NCBI RefSeq assembly: GCF_036321535.1
Contig: NC_087452.1
Location: 32,054,001-32,118,000, forward strand
Length of the DNA stretch: 64,000 nt
From: Camelus dromedarius
Lineage: Eukaryota
Direction of reading: 5' to 3'
The notes beneath the pieces are model-generated. The model was given only the letters and a program-made list of their open reading frames with translations, did not search any database and had not been told where the DNA came from. Positions 1-13,330 of this stretch are shown in pieces. Numbering within the stretch: position 1 is the first letter of the stretch; the number at the start of each line of letters is the position of its first letter. The translations under genes were made by a program, and so were the position numbers.

Positions 1-298
1 TCTGGCAGGGCATAGCTGGGTGAGGACTCAGGCCTCAGCACGTCAGCACTGTGGCTGAAGATCCCAGGCCACTGACCCAAGATTCTGGCCAGGTGGGATG
101 GGGACCCCAGCCCCAGGGAGGCTGGCTGGCTATCTCACTGCTGGTTGTCTTCCTGGTTAAGGCCCTTGGGGACTCTGGTCTAAAGCAGGAGAAAGGTCAT
201 GTCTTGGGGAGTTGGGGGGAAAGCCAGGCCCTCTTCTCACAAGGAGCTCACTATTTTCTCCCAGAACCTCCCAGGCCCTACTCGCACCCTCCCCACCT

Positions 299-300
<2 letters not shown>

Positions 301-370
<70 letters not shown>
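301..370. repeat. (CA)35 microsatellite
   Basis: Uninterrupted CA dinucleotide run; it explains the poly-TH/poly-CV ORFs in the six-frame track. Confidence 0.98.
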
Positions 371-372
<2 letters not shown>

Positions 373-3224
373 CACCGTAGGATACCCCAACCACAATCTG
401 GCAGCAGGGAGGGGCTTGCTTTGAGCCATGATTTGTACATGACCCTAAAGTGACCCTTGGCAGATGCTGGCCACGTACAGGCCATGCAGTGACATCCCGT
501 GGAAGGGGCGGGTGCCAGCAGGAAAGGCGGCGAGCCTGTCTCCATGAGGTCCTTTTGCCCATCCTACCTCCACAGCTGTTGGAACACTGGCCCCAGGGAA
601 CAGGGGGACTGGCCCAGGCACCCAGCAGAACGCCTGGAGTCTCCGGGGCTATGCAGACAGGGTCAGCCTGTGCCTCTTTGCAGACAGAGCTGCGCTCAGA
701 GACCACACATCCCATAGGAGGAGACGTCTTCTCTTCCCTTTGGTCCAGGGCCGAGGGTCGGGTCTGCTGACCCCGCTTTTCCTTCTGGCTTCAGCCTGGC
801 AAAGGCAGGTCCTCTGTCCACAGCCTGAATCTCGGACTGTGCCAACCCCTGGCACGTAGTTGGCTCTGAAGAAATGTCTGTTGATGAATGAATCTTGGCT
901 CCACATGAATCTTTGATACTCTAGGTTCTTACATCCAAATATGATGTTTCATTGAAAAACATTCTGCACTTACTCGGGGCTGAGGTGGCTCCCAACACAC
1001 AGCCAGTGTCACTGCTGTTGCTGTTCACTTCAGAGCTGCCCTGAACCAGCCACTGCCAGTGACTTGGGGGGCAGGCCTGGGGGTGGTTACATTTTAGGGG
1101 CCAATAAAACCATCTTTCCAACATTCTCAGCATATGGGTATGAATAGGCATTTAAATCCTCCTAGCTGTTTGTGCCTGAACTTAAATCTCCATTGATAGA
1201 AACAATAGCTGTGGCTTTTACATTAATTTACTCCTCATTCGACATACACTGATGATGCGCATGCCCTGGGCTCATCAGGAGTGAGAAGACGTGGTCCAGC
1301 AGGGACCATGAGAAACCCGCCTGTGTTGCGAGCTAAGGGTGACGTGAAATGTGTAAGCACACCATGAAAGGCCCGATTCCAGGTTCCGTGAGTGCTCTGA
1401 GGGGCAGTGAGGGCGCTACAGAGACGGGTACCAGGGGGCTGTCACGATCTGCAGGCTTGGAAAGCTGCCCAGGGAGAGGACTGGGGAGCTGACTGTGAAG
1501 AGTGAGTGGGAGTCAGCAAGGGAAAAGGAAAGGGACACTTTCCAGACACAGAGAAGAACCTGGGCAAAGGCCAGAGGGCCAGAGAGACCGCAAAAGCCTG
1601 ACTGTTGGTTGCACTTGAGTGGAGGAGGGAGTCCAGTTCCAGGGAGAGGCTGGACCAGAGCACACAGGGCCTCTGGGGGCAAGCAATGGGGAGCCATGGC
1701 AGGTCAAGCAGAAGGAGCAGGAGGCCAGAGGCAACTTCGAGAGATCCCTCTCCAGCTGTGGTGTGGAAGAGGGTTATGGAGAATTTCACTCCCCAAAGTC
1801 TGGAGCTGATTTTGCCAGTAGAGACAGGGATGCAGTTTTTCATTGTTCTCTGTCATCTCCTCCATGCTTGTCCAGACTGCAGGCTCTCAGGGACAAGGGA
1901 GAGTCTGTATCTCATTCATTTCTGAGGGCCCAGAAGCCATCACAGGCCAGACATACAGCAGGGGTCAAACAGAAGCCTGCTGAGTGAGGGATCCCACTGA
2001 CCTGGTGCCCCACCTGTCTGCCCATAGATGCCCGGGGAACTGTCCGTCAGACCCTGCCTCTACCCACTGGCTCACATCCTCAGCTGAGCTGGGCCGGGCC
2101 CTGCAGGACGTGCTGGACAGCAGGCCGGGCATCCAGGAAGCCGACTCCGTGCCTTTCCTCATGCTCCCACACTGGCTGCCAGCCGGGGAAGTTCTGGTCC
2201 GGAAGCCCTCCCAGCCATCAGGCTCAGAATTGCAGGCACCATCTACTGGGGCCAGATCAGATCCAGAGCCATGCAGCCTGCAGAAGCCCAGGGCCCTGCT
2301 CATGGAGTCCACCTTGGCCTCAATCTTACCTCAGGCAGTGGAGGCAAGACAAGAAGTCAAAGGTAGGGTAGAGATTAGGATGCAGAGAAACTTGGGTGGG
2401 ACTGGAGGAGAGCAGTGCCTCCTACTCAGGAGGAACTGCTCACCAGCTACAGCTAGGCCAATTCACCACAGGCAGCCAGGGAATCAGTGAGCTCTCTGTC
2501 CCAGGAGGTGTGTAAGCAAGACCAGAAGCTGGCGGAACTTCCAGATCCCCTCCTTCACTCTGTAAGAATCCCCTACCCAGCATCCTCTCTCTACTGACCC
2601 CTAAAAGCCACCCCTCCTACTCCTGGGGGACGATCACGGCTCCTGTGTGGTCTCATCGCCCCTCCCTCCCCATCTCACTTGCCTCTTCCATGACATAAGA
2701 GTGGATGAGCTCAGGAGGTGTTTCTCTTTCATTCTCTGCCCTCCAAGCACCACACAAGAATTGTATTTATTCTCAATATCCATAAACATTTTCTTCTAAA
2801 ACAAAAACATGTAAAGTCCCAAACCAATTAGAGAGAACATAGGAAGTCACCTTAATTTCAGGACACAAAGAAATACCATCAGGCTACTTGTGGTAAACTG
2901 GATTGCTTCTCCAAAGGCCTGAGGCTGTCTGGAAGGGGTCTGAGGGAGGCCAGAGTGGGAGGTCCCAGGACCCCCTCCTCTGCCCCTGTGCCCCTTAATA
3001 CCTACCAGGAGCCCTCAGGTTGGGGCCCGGGGTCCAGTTTTGCCCCTGCAGACACACACCCATCCTCCTCTAGTCCCCAGATAACCGGCTTCCTCTTCTC
3101 TTGTACTTCTGATGAAATCCACCCCCACCCCCAGCATGGCTGACAGGGCCCTGGATCTGAACAAACCAGGGCCTCCACCCACTTCTTCATGCCCACTTCC
3201 TCACTCTCTGCTCCTGGCCTTTGC

Positions 3225-3510
3225 ACTTAATGTTCCTTCCTCCCTGAACTCTTTTCCCCTCTCTTATCTTGGCTAAGGGTACATGCATCCTTTGGAACTC
3301 AGCTTGTATACCCCCTCCTCCAGGAAGCTCTCCTTGACCTAATCAGAGGTTTTCACAGCCACTTGTACACCCCCTGTCACAAGCCTGCTCATTCTGACAC
3401 ATACTTTCCTTCTCACATGTCTGTTACTTCCATTGCCACTCAGTGTCTCAGGGCCCAGCACAATGCCTGGCACAGAAAATGTGCCTAGAAAGTGTTTGAT
3501 GAATGAATTA
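3225..3510 (+). mobile_element. Ancient L2 LINE 3' fragment
   Basis: Ends in the typical L2 tail 'gggcccagcacaatgcctggcacag...tgtttgatgaatgaat'. Recognised by eye; boundaries approximate. Confidence 0.6.
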
Positions 3511-6500
3511 ATGTCCCCCTTAATGCTCTCAGAACCCTAAGCTGGCGCTGACTAGATGTTCTAGTTCCAAGCCCATTGTAAAAGCCCAAAAGGGCACAGC
3601 CTTGCCCTGAGTCTAGATACAGGTCTGGGGCCTGGGACTTGGGGATCCCTGCAACCTGGGGTGGGAGGGTGTGTGTTCCCAGAATTCTTTCCTAACGCGG
3701 TCCTGTTATTTAGATAGACCAGCTGAGAGCCCTCCATGAGCAGGAAGCAGGAAGGAGAGCTGGGCCTCTGTTCTCCCACCCAGTCCCCAATTTGGAGGGT
3801 GTGCAGCCTGTAATTTGGAAGGCTAATTTGGTCTGGGGTTAGAAGGGAGCTCTCTGTGTACTGAGCGATGCTATCCCCTCCCAGAGGAGGAAGTGTCCTC
3901 TCCCTGGGGAGCTGGGGCCTCTGCTCTCAGGCACAGGCTACACTGCTCCAGCGTCTCCCTGAGGCCCAGGCTAATATCCCTAGAACACAGAGTAGCCAGC
4001 CCTCAGCCAGAGGAAAGGAAGAGAGAGAAACCTGGGGTCTAGTCCCTTGGGCCACTGACTGCCCAGACAGGGGTTACCTCGGTCAGTGTGTCTCAGACAT
4101 CAAAAAAAACCCCAAGGGTCCCCAAGGAGGGGACCAGGGTCCCAGAGTACCCCAGCCAACTGCTCAGGAGAAACACGGGGGAAATGGGAACCTGGCCCAG
4201 AAGCCGCATTCCCCAGAAACTCCCCCACTCCTGCTGCTCCCTGAGCCCAGCCACAGAGTCCCTTAACATTGCTCTGGCATGATGGGCTATCACGTCATTT
4301 CCATCCTTTGAACACCTTTCACCTCCTCCTCTGTGAAGCCCTCTGTGACCACCAGGCTGGATCAAGAGCCACTTTCAGGCTCCCACCATGCTGGACTTTT
4401 CATTTCATGGCACTGGGTGTTCTGCCCTACAGGTGCCTGGTCATGGTCATCTTGGTGGCCCAGATCCCTGCCCAGGGTCTAGCTGGGCAGAGCTAGTATG
4501 ACAGGACAGGCAGAGAGGCTGCTCTACTCCCAGCTGTGTGGCCTTGGCCCAGAAGCGGCACTTCTCTGGGCCTCAGTTTGCTTATCTGTGGACCAGGCAG
4601 ATGGAAGCATTCCAGTGTTTGATGAACATGTAAATGAATGAATGAGAGGCTGGTCTAGAAGTTTTGTAAACCCTGACAACTCAAACCTTCTAGAGTTTCT
4701 TCTCCTCATTCAAGCTGCATGGCTCTCTGCCCAGGTACATGTCGGCAGGGACTGGCATTGGCCTTGGGATGAGGTAGGCAGAAGCCCCAGGGACGGTCAG
4801 GGCTGGCAGGAGTGGCAGCGGAGCTGAGACACTGAGACCTTGATAGGGTGATGGGTGACCAAGTCTTGGTGGGAGGGCAGAAAGACTTCAGGGTGCCAGG
4901 TACAGTCTCCCTCGCTGAACATGCCTGGTGTTCCAGGACCCCAGCCTGCTTGGGGGCTGCACCCCATCCTCAACTCACCCACATCCCAGCAGCTTCTCCC
5001 TAAACTTCTTCTCGGCTCTGCCGTCTGTCACCGGGGCTGGTGATTCACACGCTCCACTCTTCTTTCCTCTTCCTGACTAATTATAGCTCCTGCGTGTTTC
5101 TCCCCCTGGAAAAAATGTCTTCTTAAAAAAACATATTCCCAAGCCAGCAGTAATTAATTTGGTGAGCACCAGTGTGCAATTCAGACAGACTCTGAGGACG
5201 GGAAGGTCCCAGGTGTGGGGAGATGTCTTCCGTCCAACAGAGGAAGGGAGGGGCGTGGGACCTTGGGGTGGACATGGGGCACTTCAAGCAGCAGAGGCTC
5301 AGTCCATCCCCCACTCCACCCACCTTGGCTCTGGGGACCCTGGGGAATGACAGTCACAGGAACAGTCATGGGGGCTCTATTGAGCACTACTAAGTGCTGG
5401 GCACAGTGCCAAGTGCATGGACATTTCATCCTCTGACACCTGCTGAAGTAGCCCTATGGGCCCCACTCTGGAAAAGAGGAAATTAAAGTTCAGAACTTGC
5501 ACAGGAACCCAGAGCCCTCAGTGGTGGGGAGAAACGTGCAGCCTGTGGTGCCGGGAGCTGTGGCCTGAACAGAGGGAGGCCCTGGACCACTAGGCCTCCA
5601 AGGGAAAGGCCAGCCCATGGCCCTCTGGCTTGTCTCTCTCTCTCACCCACCTTCGAGGAATCACAGCAGTTCCCCTGGAGCTGGGCCAGAGTTGAGACCA
5701 CAAGTGTTGTCTGAGCTCTTCATGGGGCCCAGTGAGCAGACGTCAGAGCAGATGTCTGAGCTGGTGCCCCGGCCAGGTGGGGAGAGGAGACACTGCCGGG
5801 ATCAGGTCCTAGAGCAACAGTGACAGAAAGGCTGAGATGTCTGAGACTGGGTGAGGGAGCCAGACAGAGATGGAAAGGGGGCAGACATGGAGACTGAAAC
5901 AGAGAGATAGGGTCAGGTCTGAGTCAGAGGCCAGAGAACAAAGATAAACCCAGAAAGAAAAGACAGAGGTGCAGGGCATAGGGACTGAGCCCCAGACTGG
6001 GCAGGCGGGACAGCAGAGATGGGAGGGGACCCCAGACCTGGTGTGGCCCAGGGGCTGGTTTGGAAAGTCTAGGAAAGCCAGGAAAGAGGGCACATTGAAA
6101 GGAAAGTGGGAGAAGAGAGATGGCAGCCCAAAGCCCTACAAGGTTAGGCTCTGCCGGCTGGGCCCTCAAGGAGATAGGGCGGCCATGGGCCCTTCAGGCC
6201 TGTTATGGGGGTTGGGAGCCTGGTGCCTCCTGATCTCTAGCAATCCAGGAAGACTGCTGCGGGAGGTGGCTCCAGGGGAGTTGAGCATGTGGGCATGAGG
6301 AGAGCTGAGGGGGCATGGGTCAGGTGGGCAGGGGGGCCCATCCCAGAAGGGCTCCTCTGGAACCGGCTGAGGTTAGCCTGCCCACCCCCTCCACCAGCAC
6401 AGAGGCAGAGACCCTCCCCAGGGACTGAGGAAAATCCAGGCAGGACTAGGCCTCTCCTTTTCTCCATAGAGAAGTGAAACCCTGGGGCTGTTGGTGTGGT

Positions 6501-9500
6501 CAGCCTGAGGCTGGAGGCCTCCTGTCTTGTCCTGCAGAGCCACCCGCCTCCCAGCTGAGGGGGAACTGGTGGGAGACAGGTTCAGAGCTTCCCCTCCCCA
6601 AGCCCAGGGTATGGGTAGCCTTCCCTGTGGTCAAGATGGGACAACCCTCACACCCTATGCCCCACCAGCCATTAAGAACATACCCCCTCTACCAGCCCTC
6701 AAGGCTAGGGGTCTGTCCCCATCTTCAGATTTCTCAGCCAGGCCAGGTCTCTCAGCTTAGGAAAGACTGTTCTTCTTACCCCAGATCTTCAAGACAAGAC
6801 CTGTCTCTCCCCTCAGACCTTCCAGGCCAAGGTAGGACCCCTCCCCCAGGCTCCTCGCCTGCTCTGCCTTGGCAGCCTGGGAGGTGTCGACAGCCTTGCT
6901 AACCACAGGCAGACTGCCCCTAGCTCCAGCCATCACCTCCCCCAACTCCTCTGGACACCTGACACGGCCACTGCCCGCCCTGGGTCAGGGCCCAATGCCC
7001 AGGACCCGTGAGCCAGGCAGCTGTCGGGATTTCCGGCTCCCGGGGCCTCTGGGGCTGACACCTCTCAGCCACATTCTCGTCTGGACTCTGCCAGCCAAGT
7101 CTGGGCTCTTCTGGGGTCCGTGTCTGGATCCTGGAGCATCTGTCATGGGAAGGGAGGGTGACACAGCCGGGAGCAGGTGGCCTTGGGTGGCCCTGAGCCC
7201 AGAAGCCCAGCAGCCCAGCACAGCCTCCTAGGATGTGCCCTTGAGCCCCAGGAAGGAGGGGAAAGTGGCTGCTGATCCCCGGGAGGGGGCTGACCAGTGC
7301 AGGAGAAAGGTGCCCCTGCAGGCCCCCCGTTCTTGGTCCAGCCACCCTGCTGGGCCTAGGACAATATGGTGATCAGGATATTTTGATGAAAACACTTGTT
7401 TCATGGGTTCCCCAAACAAACCAAGAAACCTCCCTTTGTAATGATGTAACAGGAAGCAACACAAAGTAGGGGTTGGAGTCTAACAAACTGGGTCCATCCA
7501 GCTCAGGCTCTGGGAAGATGACCAAGCCTCAGTTTCTTCAGCTATAAAATGGTGCTGCCCGTAACTTCCCCCTCAGAGAGTGCTGTGAATGATCAAGATT
7601 TCACACATGAAGCTGAAATGTGGATGGCTCTGTTTCAGGCGGCTGGCTCAGATCCCACCAGAGGCTCCAGGCCTCCCTGCACCACCCCCAAGCCCCCTTT
7701 CCCTTCTAGGATCCTCCTGGCAGGAGGAGACAGGCAGCCCTCGGCCCCCAGTCTCATGGCAGCCTGGGCAGGCCAAGCTGAGGTCTGAGGGGAAGGGGAA
7801 CGCCTGGGTGAAGGCAAGGAGCCAGGAGAGCTAGGTGGTGGGCCCCTCCTGGGTGGGACCACTGGCAAGACCTCTGCCCTTGCCCTCAGTCTCTGAGCAG
7901 TGGGGACTGGACTGCTGGGTGCCTTCTTGACCCAGCCTGGAATCCTCAGGCCACCCCCAGGGCTCAGTCACCCTCTGTCTCCCCACCCTGGCTCCGGCCC
8001 CCTTGCAGGCCAGCCTGGCCTTTGGCCCCAGCTCCTCTGACAAGAAGAGAGGGAGAACACCAGGGCCCATCCCCATCTCAGACCGTTTTTAGCCCCCAAG
8101 GAACTCGGCGTCCTCCCAGCGAGGGTGCGTGGGTCGTAGCTGGGTATTAATAGCTCAGCTGGAGGAGGTGACCGGGACTTTCACAGCCAAACCCTAGAGG
8201 CCTCACATCCTGGGCGGACAGGGCAGCCCTCTTGTCATCCACATGTCCTCCACTCGCTCCCCCTATTCCTGTCCCCTCAGGTACTCTCAATGGCCTCTAG
8301 CCCCCACCCACTCATACATACCTGGTTCCCTCCTTGGTTGAACCTCCCTGTCCTCTCCTATGGTGTGGGAGAGACCTCTGGGGTCAGAGCTCCAGCAGTG
8401 GGGGAACGGCTGAGGCTGGTCCTTGACCAGGCTCCGTGGGAGATGAGAACAGAGAGGCCTGTGATAAGGCTTCCTCCTTGGCACCCATCTCCTCTGCCCG
8501 CTGGCCTCTCATTCCTGCTTGCCTACTCCACCCCAGCTCCCTCACTGGCTGCCATGTGGGCTGGTCCCCAAATATCTGTCCGTGCTGGACCTAGAACGGA
8601 GAAGAGGCGGGAAAACTCAGCTGGCAGAGTGGAGGCCTGGAAAAGGTGCCTGGGATGGTGCTGCCTGTACACAGCTCAGGTGGGGCAGCTGAGGCCTGAG
8701 GGGCTGCAGAGCCACCTCTCAGGGGTAGCCTGGGGAGTGATGGGGACCTGGGTAATGACTGGACACCTAGGGCCTCAGCACAGTTCTTCCCCTGAAGCAC
8801 CCTCCCATGCCACAAGGCATCTCACGTACCTGCCCCATCCGCTCATCCTCTCTCTGTTAGCCCACCTACCCCCATCCCAGGGCTCACACTCTCATAGGGC
8901 ATGATCAACATGGAGGTGGGTGCCACGATCATCCATGTTTTAGAGATGAGCAACTGAGAATCCCATCTGAAGGGCAGGAAGCTGGGGCTGGAGACCCCTA
9001 GCCCTGCTCTCATGGTTTTGGATAGAAGATCTACGCCCAGTCCTTTTCAGTCATGGTCAATCCCTGGAAGCTCTCATCTTATTTATCGTAGGTCCTCCGT
9101 CACTGGTCCTGCCCCAGGTCATTTCCAGGATACAGGAAGGCTTCTGAGTCTTTGGGGACTTCCTCCTCTGTCAGCTGAGGGCTGATCCTGACCTCGACCT
9201 CTGGCCCTACCTCAGCCTGAGTCCTGCCCCTGACCTCAGAATGAGCTTAGCTCTCCATCCTCATCAAATGCTGAACGATGGCCCCTGCCCTCTGACCCCT
9301 GACTCCATGCCAAGTCTGGACCACTGATCGCTGGACAAGACTGAAGCCCAGCCCTCTGGTCTCCAACCTCAGCTCCAGTTTAAGTTTCAACCCTTAGGCC
9401 CAGGTTGAATCCGGGCCACCACCCGCTGGCTCCCACCCCTGGCTGAGCCCCCAAGCCAGCCCTAGGCCTAGCAAGGACTGGTCCCCACTTCCCTCCCTGG

Positions 9501-9984
9501 CTCAGCCTGGCCCCCAGCTCTCAGCTTCTCAGCCTGGAGGAGGCCCTGCGTGCTCCTCACACTCATTCAGCCACCCCCACCCTGAGTTCTGAAGCAAGCT
9601 GACACAAGAAGCACATCACACCAGGCGATTTATGACTTGGACTAGCAGAGGCTGGAAACATATGCTATTTCTGAGCTGGATCCTGTTGGTTTGGACCGCA
9701 GGGAAGCAGAGCCCATAGCAGAGGGACGGGAAACACATACAGACAGATAGACGCACAGACACCAACCACGTGGTGACCTGGGACTGGGGCCACGCTCTCC
9801 TGGGGCAGAGGTAGGCACTCTCACCCACTCCGACCTGGAGGAAACAAATCATGATAAACGTGACACTCCCCCCAACTCCTGCACCTAGTTTCCTTTCTAG
9901 CTGCAGAACCCATCTTCCCAGTGGCTCAGAGTGGAAACGGTCCAAGTTCCGGCTCTCCTTCCTACAGGCTGTGAGCCCTGGGGC

Positions 9985-10150
9985 ATGCTGCTGAGCCTCA
10001 GCCTCCAACAGTGTTAGCAGCCTCATCTGTAAAATGGGGATATGATGCAATCTTCCTCATGGGGTTTTATGAGGACAAAAATGCAATTGTGGAGGCAGAG
10101 TCCCTGAGCATGCCTAGCACACAGCAAAAGCTTACGAAGGAGTAGCTACT
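9985..10150 (+). mobile_element. MIR SINE fragment
   Basis: MIR core 'cctcatctgtaaaatggggatatgat...tcctcatggggttttatgagga' followed by a 'gcatgcctagcacacagcaaaagctt' tail. Confidence 0.65.
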
Positions 10151-13049
10151 AATATTTTATCAAAAGATCAAAGCCCAGCTGTTCCAATTGGAGGGTCCGT
10201 AGCCTCCTCCTTCCGCTCTCACCCCAGGGCTCCTGGGGTACACAGTTTGGAAACCCTTGGCCTAGATTCTGGGCTGGCAGTAGGACCAAAAGTAGCATTA
10301 GCTGACGATTACAGGAGGCAGAACAGCATGGAATTTGTCAGCATGGAATTAGGTCACTGAATTCTTAAAACAGAGGAGCTACAGAAGCCAAAAAAACTCA
10401 ACATCTGAAGGCACAGTGATCTCCTGGGCCAAGAATGGTGTGGACCAACCAAGAAAGGATGGATCCCTGCCTTGGGCAGCAGGCTGGGCACCGCCATGTG
10501 CCCCTCGGCTTTCCCTGGGTGTCCTGCAGCATCCAGTGAGGTGGAGGGCCTCCAGCTCCATCGCGATCTCCAAAGCCCCACATATCCTGGAGATCTCTTG
10601 CTTCCCCACTGTCACTCTGCTCAGGTGTCCGGAAGGTCCAGCTGCTCCCGGGCCCTCCTCCCCAGCCAGATCGCCTCTATGACCCTTCCCAGGACTCCTC
10701 ACCCAGCTGCTGAGGTCCCAGGGGTGAATTAGCCACCAGAGGCCCTGCAGAGTGGGCTCTGGACACATCAGTGACCTCAGGCCCTACCTGCTCTGGGCCT
10801 CCCATTCCTCAAGAGTGAAGTAAAGGAGTTAACCCCGTTGGAAGAAGGTGAGCACTGGTGCCCTGGGAACCTACTGTGCATCAGGCCCTTTACATCCACC
10901 ATCTCTGATTCAGGAAACAGAGGGTGGGACAGGGGAGTGACACGCCCAAAGCCACATGGCTGGGAAGCGGCGGGGGAGGATTTGATCTAAAGCTACAGTC
11001 CTGAGAGGCAAGAAGTGGGGTCCCGGGTGTGAGCAGGCTACCCCTCAGTGGGCAGCAGCAGAGACCTATGGCCAGCACATCCTGCATCCTGATATCTGGG
11101 GGCTCCCAGTGGCCACCAAGGCTGGCGGAGCCCCAACACCGGTGCCATTCCCACATGACCTTTCCAGGTGGCTAATGAGGGCCCAGGAACCACTCAGTAA
11201 TTGGCCTCGTTAGGCGGCTGGGGCTGCCCAGGGGATGGGGTGGCAGATGCTGGGCCCCGTGGGGACAAGCCAGACAGCCTCCCGTTAATTACCTGAAAAA
11301 TCAGACAATTAGGCCTCCTGCCACCCGCCTGCCTACGTCCTGCTGGCCCCTAATTACTGATGTCTGCTGAGCAGGCCAGGAGTGACCTGGATTTGGACTG
11401 AAGACTAGCCACTGCCATCTCCCCCACCTCCCACCCTGCATCCATCACAGGCTGTGGACATAGAGAGCAGGGGGGAGGGTTCTCTCAGGGATCTTCCTGT
11501 AGCCCCTCTTCCCCTGCCCAGACCCTTCCCACCCACTACCTCTCCTGTTGAAGGCAGCTCTGGAACAGAAGAGATGGATGCCTGAAGTCCCGGTGGTGCT
11601 CAGGGAATATGGGTGGGCTACTAGGGGAGGGGCAAGGACCCAGATAGAGGGTCCAAGAGGTATGGGGCCTGATGAAGTGGTTGACCTCCCCCTTCTGCCT
11701 GGTTCCTCCAGGGAAAATTGCCAGACTGTTCAGGAGTCGGAATGGCTGAGAAGATGAAGCTGAGAGCCCTCCCGTGGACCCTGGGGATGCTGGGGGTCCT
11801 GGGTCTGCCCTGGGGGAGTCCCCCAACTCAGAAGGCAAGAGGGACCTAGACAAAGATGATCAGGGTACAGCTTGTGGTGTTGGGGGAGGTGTGAAGAGAG
11901 GGGCTTGGCCTGCCTGTGGTGGTCCTGGAAGGCCTCCCAGAGGCAATGACCTTTAGGCTGAGCCAGGTGGTGGGTACACTGTCCCAGGCAGAGGGAACAG
12001 CCCATGTGAGGGCCTGGAGGTGCATCCTTTTCTGCTGAAAGCAGTGACAGAGAGGCAGGATACCTCCTCAGTAAGTATCTACCATGCACCAGGCCATAGG
12101 GTGGAGGTGGCTAGACTGGCCCTGACCCCAGACAGCTGAACAGGGAAGTTGTGGGGGGCAGGTAAGGGATGCAGGCATGAGCCAGACAGACATGAACTCC
12201 TGGCCTTGTGGAGTTTACAGTCTCGCAAGGCAGCACACTTTGTTGCTGTTCTTGTGTTGTGTGGTAGGTCACCAGTGTCCATTATATAATGTGTGGTTGG
12301 ATGGATGAATGGATGGATGGATGGCAGACTGAGCCCCTCAGGTAAAGATGAAGAGACAGAGCAGACTGTTACTTCCAATCTTCTGCAGCCTCCACCTCTA
12401 TTAACATAGTGCGAGAGTCCTGGGCCAGGAAGAGGGCTCTTTCCTAGGCTCTGCATGTCTCTCTATTGCATTTCATCTCCCCCACTGGCTCTAGCTCTCC
12501 CAGAGGTTGGGTTTCCTGCCCCATCTACCAACCTGGCACTCCAAGCCAAATTTGACCTTTGCCTGCTGATCAGTGAGAGAATCACCTTGTGGGACATTCA
12601 GCTGGGACTGGAGATTGGAGGAGGGATGGGGTCCAGGGGTTGGGACTCCTCCTGGATGAATGTGATGGAGTATCAGTGAGAGGAGGCAGGGAGAGGTGTT
12701 CAGCCTCCATAGTTCACCCACTTGGTGGGATATTTTTTGGTGGAAGAGGTCAATTAACTTTGTGTTTATTCCTTATTTCTCTCTTTAAATATAATATTTG
12801 ATTAATGTAAAGGAATATTTGTGACGATGCATAATCATATAATGGACACTGGTGACCCACCACACGATATAAGAACAGGAATTAAATGTGCCTTGTGAGA
12901 CTGTAAGTGCAATGAGGTCTGGGGTTCATGTCTGTCTTGCTGTCCCTGCATCCCTGCCCCGCACACCCTGAATAGCGCCTGGCACCCCTGGGCCAGCAAC
13001 ACATGTTCACCGGTGGAATCTCCCCGTGAGTGCCACCTCTAACCAACTC

Positions 13050-13330
13050 CTGTCCCCTCCAGCAAATCAAGAATCTTGGTTTATCACATTTTGGCCTTTT
13101 GTAAATAGTTCTATCATAAACATATGAATGCTTAAAACAATACTGTTTAGTTTTACTTTGGGAGGGAGCTTTATAAAAATGGCTTTGAACTGAATGTAGT
13201 TTCCTGCAATTTGTTTTCTTTACTCCCCATTATGGTTTAGGATTCACCCATGTTGCTGTGGGAGCAGTAGTTGATTTCTCAGTTCTCCTCTCACTGGATA
13301 TTTGTGTTGCTTAGTTTCTCCTTAGAAACA
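13050..13330 (-). mobile_element. Old L1M/L1ME fragment
   Basis: AT-rich segment with L1ME-like antisense text ('ttttactccccattatggtttaggattcacccatgttgctgtg'). Boundaries approximate. Confidence 0.5.

Noticed and set aside
51-715. Overlapping ORFs with poly-TH / poly-CV tracts
   Set aside because: Translation artefacts of the (CA)35 microsatellite.
8174-8183. NF-kB-like GGGACTTTCA
   Set aside because: Single imperfect match with no supporting context.
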